In this document: positions 18,655 through 27,355 of the stretch, one piece after another
How positions within the stretch are numbered: position 1 is the stretch's first letter
Layout of the letters: each line of letters opens with the position of its first letter
Position numbers and translations under genes: made by a program
Notes under the pieces: model-generated
The model's database searches: none
Seen by the model: only the letters and a program-made list of their open reading frames with translations
Told to the model about the DNA's origin: nothing
Origin: Fidelibacterota bacterium
GTDB lineage: Bacteria > Fidelibacterota > UBA2242
DNA: 64,000 nt
Direction of reading: 5' to 3'
NCBI GenBank assembly: GCA_049975265.1
Contig: JBNGDF010000007.1
Span: 1-64,000 of the forward strand

Positions 18655-21057
18655 CTATTTCATCAGGACCATTTTACGGGTGGCGGTCCGACTCCCGGCG
18701 TGCAATTGATAGAGATAGACGCCGGTACTGACCGGATTGCCACTGAGATCACAACCGTTCCAGTTGATCTCATATCGCCCGGCTGGTTGATATTCCCGCA
18801 CCAGAGTATTGACCAGAGTCCCGCTCAAATTGTAGATGTTCAATTCAACCGGCGACGCAACAGACAGCTCATAAGACAATCGGGTTGTTGCATTGAACGG
18901 ATTGGGATAGTTCGCCAGCAGGCGGAATTGCGCCGGACCGGCAGCGCCGGTTTCTACACCAACGGCTCCCTCGGGCGCCGCGGCGACAATAACAAAATAG
19001 AGCGTACCATACGGGTCTTGCGGAGTCGTAATTTCATACTCAGTCACCGCCAACATATCAATCCGCTCAGAATTTTCAAGATCTACCAGGATCAGCTCTT
19101 TATCCGATGGAAACCGGCTGGCATCCCAGTGCAGTGTAAATTTCTGGTTTGCCAGATAGACATACACCAGGTTCAGGTCCCAGGTAATCACCTCCGCGGC
19201 GGGACAGACATCGTAGGCTGCCTTCATGGGATTCTGGGGCCAGTAACGCAGCGGGTTGCCAGCTTCATGATGGGGAAAAAAGAGGTCCACATACCCCTCA
19301 GGAAGATTGGGTGTATAATTGCGGGCATCCATGGGGTCGTACATAGACGAAGCGTTTGCTTTAATACCAAAGCCGTTATAGGTATCCGTCAGGGATTCGT
19401 CAGAATTGCTCACACCAATTGGTACGATCCATTCACCGGCTGTTTCGGCTACCAGGGGATGGGCGGGCGGCTGGGTGGATTTCTTCAGTTCCGGTTCTGC
19501 CTCAACGGGCGGTATTTTCAACTCCAGCAAGGTCACCTGAGTACCACCAAAGAGCAGGCGGGTAGCCGTATAGGTTTCACCGGCGCTGGGTGAATCGATG
19601 GTTTGCTGATCGCCGAAGCGAAATTTTATCGCTGCCAAACCGGAACCCTGACTGCCGGTACTGGCGACATCCAGAGTATAGTCATCGCCGTTTTCCGTCA
19701 CCAGGGTTACTGTGAATCCCTGCCCGTCGGACACGGCGACGCCGGTCTGGGTCAGCGGAATCCAGTCGGAGGAATCACCGGCAACCGTGTAGGTTTTAAA
19801 CGCCAGTTCATCATTGTCATCATCGGTGAGAGAAATCAAGAGCCGGTCGGTTTCAATGGCTTCTTCACTACCCAGTTCGGCGGCGGTGCCGTTGATCGTT
19901 GGATTATAAAATTTTACTATCGGGCGACTCGCACCCTCCAGCGGGCAGAGCGGAATTCCGTCTTTGTTTTCACCCGCCATGATGGTAAAGAGCCCCCAGA
20001 CCTGACCGACGCCGAGAGTCACCGAGCAGCTGGTGTGAATTTCCACATAGGAATCGGGATAAACGCACTTACCGGCATAGTAAACATAGACATATATTTT
20101 CGATCCCAAGCCCTGGCGTCTCTGCCGCCCGTAAAACTCAAAGATTTCACCCGGCTCTACCAAACCCCAGTAGAGATTGTTCCAACGGTTGTCGTAAATG
20201 CTGATATAGGCGCTCTGCGCACCGTCGTAACGCAACTGCAGATAGCGCAGCATCCCGTATTCATCGTCAGGGCAGCTGCCGCAATCTTCACCCACTGAGT
20301 TTCCTTCGATTTCACACGCCACATCATAGACCACATAGCGGGTCTCTTCCGGATTCATCTGTTCCGCCCAGAAGCCGTCCCATACATCCAGCACGCCACC
20401 GTCGGTCATATTGTAAGGGGTGTACTGATCACCATCCCAGATATGGCTGTATTGCGAAACCAGTCCCATATTCACCGCCTGTTCCAGACTCACCTCGGTG
20501 TTGCCATTAATCCGTACCTGGGTATTTTTCCAGTCAATGGCGTAAAGAAACGGATTGGCGAGCATATTAAGACCGGGATAGCTGTGTCCCTCTATGCTGT
20601 CCGGTGGATTCAGCGTTACATATACCGGACTCTCCTGGTCAACAGGATTACCGGTCAGGGAAAAATCGGTCACCGTATTAGCGGTACCCTGCGCCAGCCA
20701 GTAGCCTACTCCGGGGGCAATATCCGGCGGACTGCCCTGCTCGGTAGCCGTCGTATAGGCTTGCGCCTCATGATCCCAGGTATGTTCGGCTTCGCCGTAG
20801 CGCAGGTAGGTCTGATCCGCCACACTCCAGCGGGAAAAGCGCCAGTAGGGCGTTGTTTCACCGCTGCGGAACTGTTCGCCGAACTCCGGCTCAAGAACGG
20901 CTCCGGGATCAGCATTGTCAAAATTCAGCGGAATTCCCACGAGCATCATTTTCCCTTTTGGAAAATCCTCATAGGTAACGGTCTCCTGTGAAAAGAGTAT
21001 ATTCGTAAAAAGCACGCCACTCAGCCACAGCGCTCCAAAGATTGTGTTTGTCTTCAT
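18655..21057 (-). CDS. Large secreted protein with C-terminal FlgD-Ig/T9SS-like domain
   Basis: Signal peptide; internal LRYDG..IHTSCS module; C-terminal NYPNPFN..WNG...GVYLYQL..RKMVLMK. Confidence 0.8.
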   Translation of the reverse strand: MKTNTIFGALWLSGVLFTNILFSQETVTYEDFPKGKMMLVGIPLNFDNADPGAVLEPEFGEQFRSGETTPYWRFSRWSVADQTYLRYGEAEHTWDHEAQAYTTATEQGSPPDIAPGVGYWLAQGTANTVTDFSLTGNPVDQESPVYVTLNPPDSIEGHSYPGLNMLANPFLYAIDWKNTQVRINGNTEVSLEQAVNMGLVSQYSHIWDGDQYTPYNMTDGGVLDVWDGFWAEQMNPEETRYVVYDVACEIEGNSVGEDCGSCPDDEYGMLRYLQLRYDGAQSAYISIYDNRWNNLYWGLVEPGEIFEFYGRQRRQGLGSKIYVYVYYAGKCVYPDSYVEIHTSCSVTLGVGQVWGLFTIMAGENKDGIPLCPLEGASRPIVKFYNPTINGTAAELGSEEAIETDRLLISLTDDDNDELAFKTYTVAGDSSDWIPLTQTGVAVSDGQGFTVTLVTENGDDYTLDVASTGSQGSGLAAIKFRFGDQQTIDSPSAGETYTATRLLFGGTQVTLLELKIPPVEAEPELKKSTQPPAHPLVAETAGEWIVPIGVSNSDESLTDTYNGFGIKANASSMYDPMDARNYTPNLPEGYVDLFFPHHEAGNPLRYWPQNPMKAAYDVCPAAEVITWDLNLVYVYLANQKFTLHWDASRFPSDKELILVDLENSERIDMLAVTEYEITTPQDPYGTLYFVIVAAAPEGAVGVETGAAGPAQFRLLANYPNPFNATTRLSYELSVASPVELNIYNLSGTLVNTLVREYQPAGRYEINWNGCDLSGNPVSTGVYLYQLHAGSRTATRKMVLMK

Positions 21058-21115
21058 GGTTGTCTCACTTTCGTCATTTTTTGATTTGAGTTGATGTCCT
21101 GAGTCTTCGACAATC

Positions 21116-21253
21116 TCAAAGCGGTGGCGGTGGCTCGTCAGGAATATAGTTCGTCTGCAATTCGATTACGATCTCCCCTTTTTGAAGGATCCGGGGCGCT
21201 TCATAATCGACACAGACGTCCTGTTTGTCCTGGTCTGTGGTTTTTTCTTTCAT
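21116..21253 (-). CDS. Putative RiPP precursor peptide A (45 aa, not in ORF track)
   Basis: MKEKTTDQDKQDVCVDYEAPRILQKGEIVIELQTNYIPDEPPPPL; GGGGGAG SD; YxxPx(I/L)xxxG leader motif. Confidence 0.82.
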   Translation of the reverse strand: MKEKTTDQDKQDVCVDYEAPRILQKGEIVIELQTNYIPDEPPPPL

Positions 21254-21372
21254 TACAATCTCCCCCTACATTTATCGTCAATTAAACACTTTTTTTCAAT
21301 AGTTAATATACATAACAATTGCACTTTTTCTGTGACAATTGTCGTTAAATTCTGAAAATATCCGTCCAATTT

Positions 21373-22356
21373 TTAAGATACTCCCGCAATCAGACTGGGA
21401 AAACGGGTGAAATTCAGCTGTCCGGCAAAAGGAAATACATAGGAAAAGACCGCCATCTGCTCTAAAAAACGGTCGAGCCGGTCGTATTTTCTGCGGAGCT
21501 CCGTAACACTAATTCGGCGGCGTTCACCACGGATACAGTCATAATCGTACGGCAATTCCGGTGTCTGCCAGCCACAGGTTGATTGGATAAGCTGCAGGAT
21601 ACGGTGAATGCGCTCTACCTCCGCCGTTGGATCAGACCACTGACACTGCCAGCCGCTCAGTCCCCGGTGACGGGATCGGACCTGTCCGGGTTGCGAACCT
21701 CTCAGCACGCCCTGCAGGGGCACACCGATCTCACGTTCCAGCTGCTCCTCATATTCCGCCGTATTAAGCCGGATAAAGCTGTTCCAGTAGGGTGCCCAAT
21801 CCAAAAATTCATACAACCAGCGGGCAACATTTTCACGGAAACGGTGCGACTGAGCATTGATATAGGCGGAATCCGCCAGCCAGCAGAGCATCTCGCCCCT
21901 TTCATCCAGTTCAATTTCAAAGAGCCAGCGCAGAAGATGAATGGTACCCAGTGGATATTTCCGGCGAAAGTTCCGGCAGCTGATGCCGAAGATCAGATTC
22001 GGATTCAGCGAGTTTGCATGCCGGGGCAGCCGATCTGCGGAGGTCAATTGCAGAATATGATGTCCGATCCCGGGAATGCCGTTCCGGTAGATATCCAGGT
22101 CCACCGCCACATAGACATCGTGTTCCAGATTCGCCCGCAGCCGTTCAGAATTTTTCCGATCGAGCCAAAGATTCCGATAATCATAGATGCCGACAACGTC
22201 CCACCCGAACAGCTCTTTCAGCAGAGTCGCCGAGAGCAGGGCGTCGAGATCGTTGCCGATGATCATTCCCTGAATCGCAGCAGGTTTACGGAATGGTTCA
22301 AAAGCCTGCCGGATTCGCTGTCGCTCCCGGCATTTTGTCTGGTATAAAATGGTCAT
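21373..22356 (-). CDS. Hypothetical protein, DHH-phosphoesterase-like
   Basis: GNDLDALLS, VDLDI, GHH, NPN..KYPLGT, ADS motifs resemble DHH-fold metal sites. Confidence 0.55.
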   Translation of the reverse strand: MTILYQTKCRERQRIRQAFEPFRKPAAIQGMIIGNDLDALLSATLLKELFGWDVVGIYDYRNLWLDRKNSERLRANLEHDVYVAVDLDIYRNGIPGIGHHILQLTSADRLPRHANSLNPNLIFGISCRNFRRKYPLGTIHLLRWLFEIELDERGEMLCWLADSAYINAQSHRFRENVARWLYEFLDWAPYWNSFIRLNTAEYEEQLEREIGVPLQGVLRGSQPGQVRSRHRGLSGWQCQWSDPTAEVERIHRILQLIQSTCGWQTPELPYDYDCIRGERRRISVTELRRKYDRLDRFLEQMAVFSYVFPFAGQLNFTRFPSLIAGVS

Positions 22357-22363
22357 TATTCGG

Positions 22364-23149
22364 TTACAACAGAGAAATCTGGTTGGAGTCTTTCAGGCGG
22401 TAGCAGCCGCTGTCCAGACGGGCTTTGGCAAATTCGTAATAGGTGCGGTTGATTTCGAAACCGATATAGTTGCGTCTCATGGCGCGGCTGACAAAGGCGA
22501 CCTGCCCGGAGCCCAGAAAGGGATCGCAGACCAGATCGCCGGGCAAACTGGAATAGCTCAGGATCTTTTCAATCAGTTCACGGGGCAGTTTGGTGGGAGT
22601 TTTGCGATCGCCATTCCAGTACTCCCGGCGGATCTGCCAGACATCCTCTTTGTCCTGGTAATGCAGACTGCGCCCTTCTGCATCGTGGTCATCTTTTCCA
22701 TAGCGTGCAAAGGGGTAAAAACGGCGCTGCCGGTCATCTTTGCAGACATAGAGACAGTGGTAATGGGATGTCACGAATTTCCGGCGGGTTACCACCCCGA
22801 ATTGATATTTCCAGATGATGTGATTGACCGTCGTGAATCCGGTCTCGTCCAGTGCCACCAGAATATCCTTCAGATTGTTCCAACCGGAAAAGAGATACAT
22901 ACTCCCGGAGGGCTTCAGTACATTCCAAACCGCCTGCAGCCACTCCCGGCTGAACCGGGCATAATCGGTTGACGGAATCTCGGTATAGCCTTCCAGCACC
23001 CGATTAGCCGTTCGGTTGTAGTTGCTGCGCCGGGCTTTAAAATCGATGGCGAAGGGTGGATCGGTGATCAGCAGATCAACACTAGCCGGTGCGATTTTGG
23101 GCAAACCGAAGCGGCAGTCCTCATGATAAATCTGGTTAATTGCCAACAT
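22364..23149 (-). CDS. Site-specific DNA methyltransferase (N4-C/N6-A, beta class)
   Basis: ITDPPF near the N-terminus, DPFLGSG near the C-terminus. Confidence 0.9.
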   Translation of the reverse strand: MLAINQIYHEDCRFGLPKIAPASVDLLITDPPFAIDFKARRSNYNRTANRVLEGYTEIPSTDYARFSREWLQAVWNVLKPSGSMYLFSGWNNLKDILVALDETGFTTVNHIIWKYQFGVVTRRKFVTSHYHCLYVCKDDRQRRFYPFARYGKDDHDAEGRSLHYQDKEDVWQIRREYWNGDRKTPTKLPRELIEKILSYSSLPGDLVCDPFLGSGQVAFVSRAMRRNYIGFEINRTYYEFAKARLDSGCYRLKDSNQISLL

Positions 23150-23199
23150 GCTATCGAATCCGGGCGTTTCTGTTGAACGGAGTGGCTTACAGGGCGTAT

Positions 23200-25590
23200 T
23201 TATCCGCGTATTTTATCCAGCAGCCGCGGTTTGCGGCGCCGGGCTTTACGACCGCCCTTCTTTTTTTCACCGGAATCGGCGTAATAGTAGTAATAGTGAT
23301 AATAGTAATAGTACGAGTCGTATCCCGCCGAGATATTGACACCGTTCAGCACGGCACCGATCAGATTGGTCTTGACCTGTTTGAGGAGTTCGATAGAGCG
23401 TCTCAGGATCCGCATGTCGGTGCTGCCGGCTTTGACCACCAGCAGAATGGCGTCGGTCAGTTTTGACAGGATACTGGCGTCGGTCACGGCGATAATCGGC
23501 GGCGAGTCGATCAGGACAATATCGAAGTTGTCTTTCGCCCGCACAATAAAATCTTTGAGTTTCTGACTAGCCAGCAGTTCCGAAGGGTTGGGCGGCAGTT
23601 CACCACAGGTAACGAGGTAGAGATTCGGAACCTGGGTCTCGCGAATCACATCCTGATCGTTTAAATCCTGGATCAGCCGGTGGGTCAGACCCGGCGCACG
23701 CGGTACATCAAACACCTTATGCAGGACCGGTTTGCGCAGATCGGCATCAATCAACAGCACCTTTTTTTCCAGGTTGGCAAAGGTGATCGCAATGTTTACC
23801 ACCGTAGTGGATTTCCCATCACCGGGTCCGGCACTGGAGACCACCATACTAGTCAGCGGTTGATCGGGATTTATAAACTGAATGTTGGTGCGCAGGGTTC
23901 GGTAGGCTTCGGCAACGGTGGATTTGGGATCGTAATGGGAGATCATGCGCGATTTCAGGGTATACTCCTCCTGGTCCATTTTTTCGCCGGTTTTAATTTT
24001 ATCCATGGAACTCTTGATATCGATTTTAGGCACGATGGAGATGGTCGTCAGACCCAGCTTGTCCAAATCTTCACTGCTGCGCACCGAGTGATCCAGATAC
24101 TCGCGCACAAAGGCGATGCCGACTCCCAGCCCGACACCCAGGAACATACCCAGTAGCAGATTCATTTGCTTTTTGGGCTTGACCGGCTTTTCCGGTGGAA
24201 TAGCCGGGTCCACAATCCGGATGTTACTGATTTTGCTGGCTTCCGTAATCCGGGTCTCCTGGTACTTGGTTTTCATCAGGATATAGTATTTTTCATTGAC
24301 CTGGCGGTCGCGGTCAAGACGGGCAAACTCCAGGCTGCGTTCAGGCAGCTGGTTCAGCCGGGCATTGTACTGGTCCACCAGTTTTTTATATTCACCACTG
24401 CGACTTTCCAGGGCGATAATGTCCACATTAGTCAGCAGCACATTGCGTAGCAGTTCCAATGATATGGTTGACTGTTCTTCCGGCGAGAGTCCCAGATTGG
24501 TAACATTCTGGGCTTCTTCCAGAAGTCGTTTCTTTAGTTCGCTGATCCGTTTGTCGAATTCCGCCACCGCCTCGCTGCCGGGACCGTAGCCCATGACGGT
24601 CATGGCGGTAATCTTTTCCGCCTCCATCTCCGCCACCGCCTGACGCAGCTGCACAATCAGCGGATTGGTGGTATTGATCGCTTCGTCTACGATCCACTTT
24701 TCACGTTCATTGAGCACCTTCTGCTGATTCTCAAGCTTCTGCCGGGCAACCTGCAGCTCAGCCAGGGAGGTGTAATAGGTCGCCTCAAAGGTGGAGAGCT
24801 GATCGATAAGGGTCTGGGCGGTTTCATCCAGCACATAGACGCCCGCTTCTTTCTGGAATTGTTTTAACGCCTCTTCAGAGGCGACCAAATCCTTCTCAAT
24901 ATCTTCCAGCTGCTCTTCTAGAAAGGTTTTCATCTCCACCACTTCACCCAGATTAAACTCCTCGTCGAGGCGCAGATATTCATTGGCAATGGAATTGGCT
25001 AAAAAGGCGGCTTCATAAGGGTCTACCGAGGTTACTTTCAGACGGATTGCTTCGGTGTCACGGATCGGTTCGACGGTTACATTGGCTTTTAACTGCCGCA
25101 CGATTGCCCGCTGGAGACTATCGGCGGTGACCAGCTCTTCTTCGGGAGCACCCAGCAGCAGCCGTTTGAGACCGGTCTTGACGACACCGACAAAGTCACC
25201 AAAGCCGATGCCCTTTTTGTCATATTCCCGGGTTCCCAGAATATAAAGGCTGTCGGCATAGGGTGAGTTCTGCAGACGGTAGACCACCCGGCGCGCCAGA
25301 TAATCACTCTTCAGCACCTCGATTTCGTTGTTGACCTTCAGATAGTTACCCACCATAAAGGGACTCTGAAAGAGCATCGAGGTCTGTCCCTGGCGACCCG
25401 CCAGCATCAGCAACGTCGAGGATTCATACTGCGGCGGCGCCGTAAAGGTATAATACACCGTCGCGACCATAACCAGGACGAAGGCAGCCACAATGATCCA
25501 GCGTCCTTTGTAGATAATGCGCAGGTAATCCTGCAGGGAAACCTCATTTTCCTGAAAATCCGGCGTTGACTGTCCGTTCATTCCTTCCAT
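23200..25590 (-). CDS. wzc: Polysaccharide co-polymerase / tyrosine autokinase
   Basis: Two TM helices, coiled periplasmic region, EAYRTLRTN, GPGDGKST, IDADLRKP, DSPP, C-terminal Tyr cluster. Confidence 0.9.
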   Translation of the reverse strand: MEGMNGQSTPDFQENEVSLQDYLRIIYKGRWIIVAAFVLVMVATVYYTFTAPPQYESSTLLMLAGRQGQTSMLFQSPFMVGNYLKVNNEIEVLKSDYLARRVVYRLQNSPYADSLYILGTREYDKKGIGFGDFVGVVKTGLKRLLLGAPEEELVTADSLQRAIVRQLKANVTVEPIRDTEAIRLKVTSVDPYEAAFLANSIANEYLRLDEEFNLGEVVEMKTFLEEQLEDIEKDLVASEEALKQFQKEAGVYVLDETAQTLIDQLSTFEATYYTSLAELQVARQKLENQQKVLNEREKWIVDEAINTTNPLIVQLRQAVAEMEAEKITAMTVMGYGPGSEAVAEFDKRISELKKRLLEEAQNVTNLGLSPEEQSTISLELLRNVLLTNVDIIALESRSGEYKKLVDQYNARLNQLPERSLEFARLDRDRQVNEKYYILMKTKYQETRITEASKISNIRIVDPAIPPEKPVKPKKQMNLLLGMFLGVGLGVGIAFVREYLDHSVRSSEDLDKLGLTTISIVPKIDIKSSMDKIKTGEKMDQEEYTLKSRMISHYDPKSTVAEAYRTLRTNIQFINPDQPLTSMVVSSAGPGDGKSTTVVNIAITFANLEKKVLLIDADLRKPVLHKVFDVPRAPGLTHRLIQDLNDQDVIRETQVPNLYLVTCGELPPNPSELLASQKLKDFIVRAKDNFDIVLIDSPPIIAVTDASILSKLTDAILLVVKAGSTDMRILRRSIELLKQVKTNLIGAVLNGVNISAGYDSYYYYYHYYYYYADSGEKKKGGRKARRRKPRLLDKIRG

Positions 25591-26633
25591 TAATCAATCC
25601 AATTCCTTTTGCTCAAAGAGTCTCTTTGAGATTGGTAATTCACAACTGCGGTATCGCTGACATGCAGGTGGTAGCGCATAAAATAGAAAAAACCAATCAG
25701 CGTTAACGAAATAAAACCTACGGCATGTAAAATAACCGCCGTTACCTGCGCCTGACTCAATTCATAACCCATGTACAGCAACACACCAATAGCTCCGGCG
25801 TGGTAGGTACCCACATACCCTGGCGCAGAGGGTACCGCAATTATAGCAGAAGTTACGAAAAAAAGCAATAAAAGGTTTGCAAAACCCAGGGAAATATTGA
25901 CCGCCAGCCCAGCCACCCAGACATTGAGGATGCTGACCACCCAGATAACCAGGGTGATCAGAGCGATCAATCCCAGGTGAGGTGTTTCCCGCAATGTCGC
26001 CAACCCCTGGCTGAAATTGCGCAGCGGTTGCAGCAATTTTTCATAGCGGGTACCCGTCAATTTGCGATTCAGATAGCGGGCAATATTGGTTCTGTTTCGG
26101 CGGAAAATAAGAAACGCCACTATCAAAAGAAGCAGCAAGCCCACTGCTGCGCCACCGCTCCAGCGCAGCCATTCCGGTCCCACGGGAAAAAAGGTCAGCA
26201 CCGTCAACGGCAGGATAATCAGAAAAAAGGTCATATCCAGCACACGTTCGATCACCACGGTGCCGAAAATCGCCACCGCCGGAATTCCGGTCGCCTGATT
26301 CAGTGCGTAGGAGCGCAGAATCTCCCCGAAACGCAGTGGAAAGACGTGATTGCCGAAATAACAGACCATCTGAGCGCCGAAGACATGTTTCAGCGCGGCA
26401 CTTTGTAACGGTAAAATCAGATAGCGCCAGCGTAGCGCCCGCAGAAAAACCTGGAACACCATCACCAGCATGGCGACTCCGAACATCAGCAGCCTGGTGC
26501 TCCGCAGCGCCTCCAGAAACTCCGCCGCATCAAACTTGCGAAAGCCCAGATACAGCCCCACAAGGCTGATCACAATACCCAGCACCGCTTTTATGTTGAA
26601 AAGTCCTCCGTTTCGCTTCGGGATTGCGTTCAT
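25590..26633 (-). CDS. UPF0104 / lysylphosphatidylglycerol synthase TM-domain flippase-like protein
   Basis: RALRW, N..P.R.GE..R, ERVLD, PSAPGYVG. Confidence 0.82.
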   Translation of the reverse strand: MNAIPKRNGGLFNIKAVLGIVISLVGLYLGFRKFDAAEFLEALRSTRLLMFGVAMLVMVFQVFLRALRWRYLILPLQSAALKHVFGAQMVCYFGNHVFPLRFGEILRSYALNQATGIPAVAIFGTVVIERVLDMTFFLIILPLTVLTFFPVGPEWLRWSGGAAVGLLLLLIVAFLIFRRNRTNIARYLNRKLTGTRYEKLLQPLRNFSQGLATLRETPHLGLIALITLVIWVVSILNVWVAGLAVNISLGFANLLLLFFVTSAIIAVPSAPGYVGTYHAGAIGVLLYMGYELSQAQVTAVILHAVGFISLTLIGFFYFMRYHLHVSDTAVVNYQSQRDSLSKRNWID

Positions 26634-27286
26634 GGGCGTAAATCAATGAGATTGCTATTGTTCAACCGTTTAGTATCGAAAAGAATTTCGGCGACGGCAG
26701 GCTGAATCTCTTTGGGACTGCTGAATTCAATCACCGTCTTAAGCCTGTTAAAATCCAGATACGTGGCGGTCAGTAAGCGTTTGGTTGGGCGGTCTATTTT
26801 CAGAAAAATAGCATTAAAAAATTCATTATCATCGGTGGTTTTCAGACCCAGAGAAACGGTCTCGGCGCCACGCAGCGCTTCCACCGAAACCACCCGGAAA
26901 TTATCCCAGTTGCCAAACAGCATGTCAAATATAAATTTCAGACTGGACTGCGGGTCCAGGGGCTCAATAATCAGCTGCCGATTTTCTTTATCGTAGCTCC
27001 AGAGCCATTCACCATCATAGATAATTTCCTGATCAACAAAATCCACCCGGAACATCCGCGCCCCGGCAATATAGAAGCTGCCCACCGAAGCCTGATAATC
27101 AGCGGTATCCTGGTCGTAATACTGAATAATTTCGAAACTCAGGACGCAGGGTGCCAGGTCACGATAACCGGCGGACATTTTCTCCAGGAGCGCCTGTCCG
27201 TCCAGTGCCAGAGCACTGCCCGTCGGGCTCAACAGCAGATAAGCCAGAAAAAAAAAGAGACTCGTATGGTTTGGTTTGACAGTCAT
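26630..27286 (-). CDS. lolA: Outer-membrane lipoprotein carrier LolA-like protein
   Basis: Signal peptide, IIYDGEWLWSYD..NRQL motif, downstream of ftsK. Confidence 0.75.
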   Translation of the reverse strand: MTVKPNHTSLFFFLAYLLLSPTGSALALDGQALLEKMSAGYRDLAPCVLSFEIIQYYDQDTADYQASVGSFYIAGARMFRVDFVDQEIIYDGEWLWSYDKENRQLIIEPLDPQSSLKFIFDMLFGNWDNFRVVSVEALRGAETVSLGLKTTDDNEFFNAIFLKIDRPTKRLLTATYLDFNRLKTVIEFSSPKEIQPAVAEILFDTKRLNNSNLIDLRP

Positions 27287-27355
27287 GATTAAGTTTGCAA
27301 TGTTACCTGTTTCGGGAATAAATCCGTGTGATGTTTTTCACGTTATCCCGCCATC

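Noticed and set aside
15659..21253. Calling the locus a lasso peptide, PQQ or radical-SAM RiPP cluster
   Set aside because: No lasso cyclase, transglutaminase-like peptidase, PqqB/C/E or CxxxCxxC radical SAM gene in the window; the predicted core of precursor A does not fit lasso ring rules.
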